Source: an uncultured Lentisphaeria bacterium
Lineage (GTDB): Bacteria > Verrucomicrobiota > Lentisphaeria > JABSQK01 > JAJFLO01
Assembly (NCBI GenBank): GCA_951812855.1
Contig: OX638337.1
Location: 240,001 to 272,000, forward strand
Length of the DNA stretch: 32,000 bases
Reading direction: 5' to 3'
In this document: positions 1 to 7,373 of the stretch, one piece after another
How positions within the stretch are numbered: the stretch's first letter is position 1
Layout of the letters: each line of letters opens with the position of its first letter
Notes under the pieces: generated by a model
What the model was told of the DNA's origin: nothing
Seen by the model: only the letters and a program-made list of their open reading frames with translations
Databases searched by the model: none
Translations under genes and position numbers: made by a program

Positions 1-253
1 ACCGATAGACACTTCTGAGCTGAATATTTCCTATTCCTTCACCGCTGAAACGGGTAATCAGAAAACGCGGGCGGACTCCTTTATGACGATATTCTGCCTT
101 GATAATCAAACGTCGTTTCCAACTTCCGGCACCATAGATGGTATCTCTAAAACCGGTTTGGTTTTGACCTGTGTGGCGATACGCTGCACATTCAGGATAA
201 GAGTAATCATAATGTTTACCACAGAGAATTCCCTTCCTGTTTCCTGAAAAAGT
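1..253 (-). pseudogene. Start-less fragment of a DDE transposase (IS1380/IS4-like), running off the left edge
   Basis: The minus-strand frame reads ...CGKHYDYSYPECAAYRHTGQNQTGFRDTIYGAGSWKRRLIIKAEYRHKGVRPRFLITRFSGEGIGNIQLRSVYR. The core F-x-x-x-Y-x-A-x-SW-x-RR-[LV]-I-x-K-x-E...RF-[LIV]-[IV]-T matches the conserved mid-region I recall from IS1380/IS4 DDE transposases. An in-frame TAA sits at 254-256 and no ATG follows it, so the N-terminal part that precedes this motif in full-length transposases is missing. Confidence 0.35.
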
Positions 254-303
254 TTAGTTGTTGCAATGCCTGTTTAGCACATTATATCATTTCAGAAATC
301 TTC

Positions 304-1206
304 TTATTTTTTATTTTGGGAACAGGATAAAATAAAACTCTCTATTTTCTGATAGGATTCCGATCCCTTAAAAACAATAAGATCATTGTGGGCAGCATGT
401 TCAACCTCGACAAATTCTTTTGGCTCTTCAGCTGATTCATACAATAAACGACCCTGTTCGAATGGTACTGTTTCGTCCGCAGTTCCGTGAATAAATAATT
501 TTGGGCATTTTATGCGTGGAATTTTACTTAGTGAATCCATTTGGGTACGAATTAAAAAATGTGGAATAAACGGCATTTGCAGAGATGCCATATCTCTGAT
601 CGATGTAAAACTTGATTGAATGATCAAGCCTGCTGAATTTTGTGTTGCTGCCAGATCAACAGCACCAACACCGCCCAATGAAACGCCGTAAATTATAATT
701 GAGTCGGGTTTATAATGATATCGGTCTTGAAGTAAATTCCATGCTGCTGACACATCCATATACATGCCATTTTCATCTGGTCGTCCCTCACTCATTCCGT
801 ACCCGCGATAGTCAAAAATAAAAATATTAACTGACATCTCCATCATCGATATCAACTGTTCGTAACGGTCCGTTATATTACCTGCATTACCGTGACACCA
901 CAAAACAATCATATTTGATAAATCGTAATTCGATGCATTTTCTCCTGGAGGAGATACCGATCCATACCAGCCATGCAATTTTACACCGTCTGAGGCAGTA
1001 AACCATTCCTCTGAAATTGAATATTTCAGCCCTGAATTTCCCGAAACCGGCTGGTCGAGTAAATGCCAACGGCCATTGGGCCATTTTGCGGGAAAGAAAA
1101 TTAGTTTTTCCTCAAATATCATAATAATGACTATAAGTCCTACATAAGACAATAAAATGATTCGCAGTATTCTCCAGACATACGTTATGGAGACAGGTGA
1201 TTTCAT
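304..1206 (-). CDS. Membrane-anchored alpha/beta-fold serine hydrolase (BEM46/ABHD13-like)
   Basis: 300-aa ORF with an N-terminal TM helix (ILRIILLSYVGLIVIIMIF). It has the HGNAGN oxyanion motif, the GVSLGG nucleophile elbow (GxSxG), then HGTADETVP (Asp) and AAHND (His), which fit a Ser-Asp-His triad. Confidence 0.85.
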   Translation of the reverse strand: MKSPVSITYVWRILRIILLSYVGLIVIIMIFEEKLIFFPAKWPNGRWHLLDQPVSGNSGLKYSISEEWFTASDGVKLHGWYGSVSPPGENASNYDLSNMIVLWCHGNAGNITDRYEQLISMMEMSVNIFIFDYRGYGMSEGRPDENGMYMDVSAAWNLLQDRYHYKPDSIIIYGVSLGGVGAVDLAATQNSAGLIIQSSFTSIRDMASLQMPFIPHFLIRTQMDSLSKIPRIKCPKLFIHGTADETVPFEQGRLLYESAEEPKEFVEVEHAAHNDLIVFKGSESYQKIESFILSCSQNKK

Positions 1207-1450
1207 ATCGAGCTTTCAACGGATCAAAACCAACTCTAATTCAGTCAGAAACAGTCATTTGGACAATCGTTACTGCTGGAGGCTTCAGAAAAACTCAAGA
1301 GTATTTTGGCTGTGAAATTATAATCTGTTCAGTCCCTGCCCTTCGATACGTGCTAATCATTGCAACACTATGTCAATCTAAAAGTTGAAGCCAATACTAT
1401 AGAATGATTACCTATTCTATTCAACAGGGAGGTGTTATCAAGAGATTGAT

Positions 1451-1472
1451 TTGATTTTTAAAGTTCATTTTT
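1451..1472. repeat. Copy 1 of a 22/23-bp direct repeat upstream of the yceD-fab operon (ttgatttttaaagttcattttt)
   Basis: Near-identical to 1578-1600 (ttgatttttaaaaattcattttt), with one substitution and one single-base indel. Both copies lie in the 408-bp divergent intergenic region. Confidence 0.7.
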
Positions 1473-1577
1473 ACCAAATCTAAATACCAGAGTCTATCCG
1501 GTTAAATCTGACAACACTCTGTGGAAATTTTTAATTATTATTGCTTTTAATGGCAGGGGCGAGAACTATTTTTAATT

Positions 1578-1600
1578 TTGATTTTTAAAAATTCATTTTT
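1578..1600. repeat. Copy 2 of the direct repeat, ending 14 bp before the yceD GTG start
   Basis: See copy 1. The two copies start 127 bp apart. Confidence 0.7.
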
Positions 1601-1614
1601 GTAATTGTGTAATC

Positions 1615-2094
1615 GTGAAAAAAAATAAGCGTCTCTCAATCAATCTCAGTACCATCGGCGAAAACGGCCGATCGATCCAGGGCAGGCTGCCTTCTTCTAT
1701 CTTTGAGATAAAAAGTCTTAACTATCTGGAATGTTCAAGACCCATTGATTATAATTTGGATATAAGTATAGTGACACATTCTGTTTTAATTAAAGGACGG
1801 GTAAAGACATTGATCAAACGACAATGTGACCGTTGTTTAACCATGTGTGACTGTACAATTGAAAATATTAGAGTGTGTCATTACATACCCGTTACAGATG
1901 AAAAAATAATTGATTTTACCGATCAACTTCGTGAAGATATTTTAATAACGTTTCCTCAACGGTTCATTTGTGCCGAATCATGCCTTGGTTTGTGCGAATA
2001 TTGTGGTGAAGACTTAAATTCGGATGTCTGTAAATGTACCAGGAAAAATGAATCCGATAATATCTGGGATAAACTTAACGAGCTCAAATTATGA
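1615..2094 (+). CDS. yceD: YceD/DUF177 family protein (23S rRNA accumulation protein)
   Basis: 159 aa with a GTG start. Cys-rich motifs CDRCLTMCDC and CAESCLGLCEYCGEDLNSDVCKC match the YceD pattern C-x2-C ... C-x-G-L-C-x2-CG-x-[ND]-L-N. It sits directly upstream of plsX, its usual position. Confidence 0.8.
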   Translation: MKKNKRLSINLSTIGENGRSIQGRLPSSIFEIKSLNYLECSRPIDYNLDISIVTHSVLIKGRVKTLIKRQCDRCLTMCDCTIENIRVCHYIPVTDEKIIDFTDQLREDILITFPQRFICAESCLGLCEYCGEDLNSDVCKCTRKNESDNIWDKLNELKL

Positions 2095-3116
2095 AAATAG
2101 CCATTGATGCTATGGGCGGCGATTTCGCTCCGGAACAGAATATCGTTGGCGTAAAATTAGCTTTAGATGAATTTCCCGATGTTTCCAGTTTTCAATTAGT
2201 AGGCGATCAGAAAATTATTGAAGAAGAGTTAAAAAAGCATGCATTGTCAACGAACAATTCACGCATTGAAATTATCCATGCATCTCAAACTATTACCATG
2301 GAGGATTCCGCATCTGCTGCGATAAGAAAGAAAAAAGATTCATCTATGTCAGTTGCTGCTAAACTGATCAGCGATAAGAAAGCTAATGCCGTTGTAAGTG
2401 CAGGTCATACCGGTGCAGCAGTATCAGCCACAGTTGTCTTTAACAGAATGTTGCCGGGAATCGATCGACCAGGTATAGCAAGTGTCTTCCCGGCACCAAA
2501 AGGACCGTTTATAATGCTTGACATCGGAGCAAATGTGGACTGTAAGCCACTGCATTTGGCACAATATGCAATTCTTGGCGAGGCCTATTCTCGGATTATG
2601 TTAAATATTAAGAATCCCAGAGTCGGAATCTTAAGCAATGGCTCTGAAGCTGGAAAAGGAAATGAATTAACTCGAGAAAGTTCCAGAATACTGCAATCGC
2701 TTCCAATTCGTTTTCTGGGAAATGTCGAAGGTGCGGATTTATTCGGGAATAAGGTTGATGTTGTATTATGTGATGGTTTTCTAGGAAATGTAGTTTTAAA
2801 ATGTTGTGAGAGTTTAGCAAAAGCAATCTCAGGAATCCTCAAAGAAAATTTAAAAAAATCACCCGTCAGAATGGCTGGTGCACTATTATCTAAGAATGCA
2901 TTTCTCGAACTAAAAGAATTGACAGATCACCAGGAGTATGGTGGTGCCCCACTTTTGGGAATTGATGGAATTTGCATTATCGCTCACGGATCCTCATCAG
3001 CAAAAGCAATAAAAAATGCAATTCGGGTTGCAACTGAAATGATAAAAAATAAATATAACGAAACTGTGATCGATAAAATAAGTAAAATAGATTGGAAGAA
3101 AGGGCTTGAATGTTAA
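2091..3116 (+). CDS. plsX: Phosphate acyltransferase PlsX
   Basis: 341 aa. The N-terminus MKIAIDAMGGDFAP is the PlsX signature. Further matches are SAGHTGA and the fab-cluster context. The ATGA overlap with the yceD stop indicates translational coupling. Confidence 0.95.
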   Translation: MKIAIDAMGGDFAPEQNIVGVKLALDEFPDVSSFQLVGDQKIIEEELKKHALSTNNSRIEIIHASQTITMEDSASAAIRKKKDSSMSVAAKLISDKKANAVVSAGHTGAAVSATVVFNRMLPGIDRPGIASVFPAPKGPFIMLDIGANVDCKPLHLAQYAILGEAYSRIMLNIKNPRVGILSNGSEAGKGNELTRESSRILQSLPIRFLGNVEGADLFGNKVDVVLCDGFLGNVVLKCCESLAKAISGILKENLKKSPVRMAGALLSKNAFLELKELTDHQEYGGAPLLGIDGICIIAHGSSSAKAIKNAIRVATEMIKNKYNETVIDKISKIDWKKGLEC

Positions 3117-4114
3117 ATAATAATAAAAACACAGGCATAAAAATCACAGGTACAGGTCGATATTTACCGGATAAAATTTTAAGTAATCTGGACTTAGAAG
3201 CTATGGTCGATACCACTGACGAATGGATTCGGACCCGCACCGGAATTGAACAGAGACATATTGCCACTGACGATCAGCCAACGTCATTTTTAGGTGCCGG
3301 AGCTGCAATGCAGGCACTGGAGGCTGCAAAATTAAATCCGGCAGAGATTGAACTCATTATTGTTGCAACTATCAGCCCCGATAAAATATTCCCCAATACA
3401 GCATGCTTTGTCCAAAAAAAAATCGGGGCCAAAAATGCAGTTTGCTTTTCTGTAGAAGCAGCGTGTTCAGGGTTTGTATATATAATGGCAATAGGTTCGG
3501 CAATGATAGAATCTGGATTATTTAAAAATGCAATATTAATCGGTGCAGAAAAACTATCCTCAATAATCAACTGGAACGATCGCAGTACCTGCGTATTATT
3601 TGGAGACGGTGCCGGTGCCGTCGTTTTGGAAAGAACACTTTCGACTGAAGAAAACATGCATATTTATTCAAAATTGGGATCCGATGGAAATCACAGTGAT
3701 ATCCTTCACGTACCGGGAGGCGGGTCCTGCCAACCATTCTCGCAAACCGTATTAGATAAAAAGTTGCATTTTCTGGCAATGTCCGGCCAGGAGGTTTTTA
3801 AGCTGGCAGTAACGACTATGGCAGCGGCAGCAAAAGAAACCCTTGAAAAAAGCGGTATTTCAATCGATGATATTAAATGGCTGATCCCTCACCAGGCGAA
3901 TACCCGTATTATTACTGCAGTGGCGAAACGATTAAATATTGATGAGAAAAAAGTATATGTCAATTTAGCCAACTATGGAAATACATCAGGTGCAACCATT
4001 CCAATTGCTCTGGATGAACTTGTCAGAGGCGGATTAATCAATAAAGGAGATTATTTATTATTTGTTGCATTTGGTGGCGGCTTAACCTGGGGTGCGAATT
4101 TAATTCGGTGGTAA
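3110..4114 (+). CDS. fabH: 3-oxoacyl-ACP synthase III (FabH)
   Basis: 334 aa with the catalytic triad motifs EAACSGF (Cys), IPHQANTRI (His) and YGNTSGATIP (Asn). Confidence 0.95.
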   Translation: MLNNNKNTGIKITGTGRYLPDKILSNLDLEAMVDTTDEWIRTRTGIEQRHIATDDQPTSFLGAGAAMQALEAAKLNPAEIELIIVATISPDKIFPNTACFVQKKIGAKNAVCFSVEAACSGFVYIMAIGSAMIESGLFKNAILIGAEKLSSIINWNDRSTCVLFGDGAGAVVLERTLSTEENMHIYSKLGSDGNHSDILHVPGGGSCQPFSQTVLDKKLHFLAMSGQEVFKLAVTTMAAAAKETLEKSGISIDDIKWLIPHQANTRIITAVAKRLNIDEKKVYVNLANYGNTSGATIPIALDELVRGGLINKGDYLLFVAFGGGLTWGANLIRW

Positions 4115-4155
4115 CGAATTTAAAAGAAACCATAACGGCGAAAGACAGTTAAATA

Positions 4156-4896
4156 ATGAAGTTAAACGATAAAATAGCGGTTGTAACAGGAGGGAACCGG
4201 GGTATTGGAAAAGCAATTAGCACTAAGTTAAGCAAAGAAGGTGCAGCGGTCATCATAATCAATACCAATCCTGAAAGTGCAAAATCTGTGTTGAATGAAT
4301 TTAAGGAGAATGGTTTAACCATTTATAGCAAAACAGCTAACGTTGACAATGAAATTGAAATTAACACAGTTTTCGGTGATATCTTATCAGAATATGGTAA
4401 AATTGATATTCTTGTGAATAATGCCGGAATAACACGGGACAATCTATTAATTCGAATGAAATCTGATGAATGGAATTCTGTTATCGACATCAATCTCAAG
4501 GGAACCTATAATTGTATCAAAGCCGTTTGTAAAACGATGATGAAAAAACGATATGGTAAAATCATAAATGTATCATCTGTCGTTGGATTGACAGGTAATG
4601 CAGGTCAGTCCAATTATTCCGCTTCAAAAGCAGGTATAATTGGCCTTTCTAAATCTGTTGCCAGAGAACTTGCATCCCGCAATATTAATGTTAATGTCGT
4701 TGCACCCGGCTATATTCAGACCGAAATGACCGATGGTTTAAATGATAAAGAAAAGGACAGATTCCTGGCAAATATCCCGTTGAACAAACCCGGAACACCT
4801 GATGATGTTGCTGACTTAGTCTGTTTCTTAGCTTCAGATGATGCAAATTATATTACCGGACAAACATTTAATGTTGATGGGGGAATGGTAATGTAA
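4156..4896 (+). CDS. fabG: 3-oxoacyl-ACP reductase (FabG), SDR family
   Basis: 246 aa with TGGNRGIGKAI (NAD(P)-binding), NNAGIT, the catalytic YSASK motif, and the C-terminal GQTFNVDGGMVM. Confidence 0.95.
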   Translation: MKLNDKIAVVTGGNRGIGKAISTKLSKEGAAVIIINTNPESAKSVLNEFKENGLTIYSKTANVDNEIEINTVFGDILSEYGKIDILVNNAGITRDNLLIRMKSDEWNSVIDINLKGTYNCIKAVCKTMMKKRYGKIINVSSVVGLTGNAGQSNYSASKAGIIGLSKSVARELASRNINVNVVAPGYIQTEMTDGLNDKEKDRFLANIPLNKPGTPDDVADLVCFLASDDANYITGQTFNVDGGMVM

Positions 4897-5088
4897 CGAT
4901 TGTTATTTTAAGGCAGTTACAGTTATGAAATTTTTTTAAGTATATCGCGAACAGTTTAGGACGTATTATGATGCTGGACAGGACCGTTAATACTTTTGAT
5001 TTTCGCTTATTTGACTTTAAGAAATCACAAATCATATTATTTTGATAATTTTATTTTTAACCGTGTAATCAATTTAAGGAGACTTTTA

Positions 5089-5325
5089 ATGGCTACGACA
5101 GCTGATCGCGTAAAAGACATTGTTGTTGAACAACTTGGAGTAAATCCAGATCAGGTATCCCCAGATGCGAAGTTTGTTGATGATTTAGGTGCTGATTCCC
5201 TGGATACCGTTGAATTAATCATGGCACTTGAGGAAGCATTTGGCACTGAAATTGACGATGAAGATGCAGAAAAATTGCAAACCGTAGACGATGTCATTAA
5301 ATACATTGAAAGCAACAAAGAGTAA
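5089..5325 (+). CDS. acpP: Acyl carrier protein
   Basis: The 78-aa product starts [18 protein letters not shown] and carries the phosphopantetheine site [16 protein letters not shown]. An AAGGAG Shine-Dalgarno lies at 5076-5081, 7 nt before the ATG. The 4996 start in the ORF track would add a non-conserved 31-aa extension. Confidence 0.95.
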   Translation: MATTADRVKDIVVEQLGVNPDQVSPDAKFVDDLGADSLDTVELIMALEEAFGTEIDDEDAEKLQTVDDVIKYIESNKE

Positions 5326-5418
5326 ATAACCGAATCATTTTCTTATTGCACACGTAGTGATTCCATATCTTTTACTTAGAACAATCATTGTGTTTGCTTT
5401 TAAAAGGCAGTCCCCTTC

Positions 5419-6663
5419 TTGAACAAAAATCGTATAGTCATAACGGGTATCGGCTCTGTCACCAGCGTCGGTAATACTGTTCCCGAAACTTGGGCTGGTT
5501 TACTATCCGGGAAGAGTGGAATTGATTTAATCTCACGATTTGATACATCCGGCTTTTCCGTTAAAATCGCAGCCGAGGTCAAAAATTTTGACCCGACCCA
5601 GATCATTTCTTCAAAAGAAGCAAGACGGCTGGATCCGTTTTGCCACTATGCTCTTGCAGCATCTCATGAAGCAATTGTTCACTCCGGCCTTGAAATTGAT
5701 AAACTGGATTTAACCCGAGTCGGAACCCTTATCGGAAGCGGAATAGGTGGTATTGCTACTTTAGAAAACCAGGTTTTGAAGTTATCTGCAGAGGGGCCAT
5801 CAAGAGTATCTCCATTTTTAGTCCCGATGATGATAGGAGATATGGCGTCAGGTGCAGTTTCAATAAAATATGGTTTCAAAGGTCCTAATTTTGGAGTTGT
5901 CTCTGCATGTGCTACTGGAACTCACACAATTGGGGAAGCATTTCATATTTTAAAAAGAGGTCATGCAGATGTCGTTGTCACAGGTGGATCCGAAGCCTGC
6001 GTAACACCAATAAGCCTGGCGGGTTTTTCTGCCATGAAAGCATTGTCGGTACAAAATCAAAACCCGGCACAAGCCAGTCGACCGTTTGATGCCCAAAGAA
6101 GTGGATTCGTGCTCGGAGAGGGTGCCGGAGTAATAGTTTTAGAAACGTTAGACCACGCCACTCGGCGAAATGCTGACATTCTTGCAGAAATTATAGGATA
6201 TGCGGCATCTGCTGACGCCTATCATATTACATCACCTGATCCTGAGAATAGAGGTGCGATTCAAGCATTGAAAATTGTTATGGAAGAATCTAATTTAAAC
6301 CCGAATAATATTGACTATATCAATGCACATGGAACTGGAACGTTATTAAACGACAGAAATGAGACAAATGCAATAAAAAAGGTTTTAGGGGATACCGCAT
6401 ACTCGATTCCAGTAACGAGTACAAAATCATTAACCGGCCACGCATTAGGGGCTGCAGGTGCAATTGAGTCGATAATTTGTATAAAATCAATTTGCGATAA
6501 CATTATACCCGGCACCTATAATTATGAAAACAAGGATCCCGAGTGCGATCTTGATTATGTACCGAATAAATCATTAAATAAAGACGTAAACATTGCACTT
6601 AATTTAAATTTTGGATTTGGTGGTCATAATGCAGTGATTGCATTGAAACACTATGAAAATTAA
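5419..6663 (+). CDS. fabF: 3-oxoacyl-ACP synthase II (FabF)
   Basis: 414 aa with a TTG start. Motifs are VSACATG (active-site Cys), NAHGTGT and TGHALGAAG (two His), and NLNFGFGGHNA. Confidence 0.95.
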   Translation: MNKNRIVITGIGSVTSVGNTVPETWAGLLSGKSGIDLISRFDTSGFSVKIAAEVKNFDPTQIISSKEARRLDPFCHYALAASHEAIVHSGLEIDKLDLTRVGTLIGSGIGGIATLENQVLKLSAEGPSRVSPFLVPMMIGDMASGAVSIKYGFKGPNFGVVSACATGTHTIGEAFHILKRGHADVVVTGGSEACVTPISLAGFSAMKALSVQNQNPAQASRPFDAQRSGFVLGEGAGVIVLETLDHATRRNADILAEIIGYAASADAYHITSPDPENRGAIQALKIVMEESNLNPNNIDYINAHGTGTLLNDRNETNAIKKVLGDTAYSIPVTSTKSLTGHALGAAGAIESIICIKSICDNIIPGTYNYENKDPECDLDYVPNKSLNKDVNIALNLNFGFGGHNAVIALKHYEN

Positions 6664-7336
6664 ACAAAAAATTTCAAATGATGCATTTTTTTGTTTATTA
6701 TTTACGGTCATAATTGTTACGTCAGTAACAGGTTGCTATTCTCTTATAAAAATCAAACCGCTGCCGGAGTTATCCCGTGATCCTTTAATGAGTCAGGAGA
6801 AATTATGGGGCAGCATTATTCGTGAGAGTTATCCAAAATGGAAAAGGCCTGTGATTACCCGACACCAATTTCCAGGTAATCAGAATAGTTCAGTTTCAAA
6901 AAAATCAGAGGCTGCACCCAAAACACAGAAATTTTCTGATCACCAGAGCAACCTCCAACCACAAGAAATTTATTCTAATGATATTATTCCAGAGGTCAAC
7001 GATGAATCTCAACCAGTCATCGGACGTAAAATCAGGAGTAAACGATCGACAATTCAATCACGTCTGCCTGATGCCATTATGGATATAAATCCTAAAAAAG
7101 AATTCCCAACATCACCTTCGACAACTGAGGGATACCGAATTGTATCCGATGACAATTCATCTGGTAATCACCAAAATTATACTACCTACAGAGTAAAAAA
7201 AGGTGAAACCCTATATAAAATTGCCCGAAAAATCTATGGCGACGAATCTGCCTGGAAACATATTTTCAATGCAAATAAAGCGATCATGAAAAATCCAAAT
7301 GACCTGAAACCGGGGATTTATATCAAAATTCCCTAA
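6653..7336 (+). CDS. LysM-domain lipoprotein
   Basis: 227 aa. It has a signal peptide with the lipobox VTG|C, a low-complexity linker, and a C-terminal LysM domain (YRVKKGETLYKIARKIYGDESAWKHIFNANKAIMKNPNDLKPGIYIKIP). It overlaps the fabF stop by 11 nt. Confidence 0.85.
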   Translation: MKIKQKISNDAFFCLLFTVIIVTSVTGCYSLIKIKPLPELSRDPLMSQEKLWGSIIRESYPKWKRPVITRHQFPGNQNSSVSKKSEAAPKTQKFSDHQSNLQPQEIYSNDIIPEVNDESQPVIGRKIRSKRSTIQSRLPDAIMDINPKKEFPTSPSTTEGYRIVSDDNSSGNHQNYTTYRVKKGETLYKIARKIYGDESAWKHIFNANKAIMKNPNDLKPGIYIKIP

Positions 7337-7373
7337 AGCTGGCTTTTATATTGGCTTACAGAGACTTGTTATC

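Noticed and set aside
887-1084. Nested or alternate-frame ORFs inside confirmed genes (887-1084, 2585-2842, 2977-3267, 3274-3657, 5907-6089, 8441-8665, 8735-8992, 12493-12765, 14670-14885, 15920-16281 and others)
   Set aside because: All lie within genes whose main frame carries unambiguous catalytic motifs. None has a start context or recognisable sequence.
1197-1388. 63-aa plus-strand ORF in the hydrolase/yceD intergenic region
   Set aside because: It overlaps the hydrolase start, has no SD, and its sequence is non-descript. It is likely a chance ORF in the promoter region.
4996-5088. N-terminal extension of the acpP ORF (109-aa version in the ORF track)
   Set aside because: The extension ([21 protein letters not shown]...) is AT-rich nonsense. 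AAGGAG sits 7 nt before the internal ATG at 5089, which gives a canonical 78-aa ACP.
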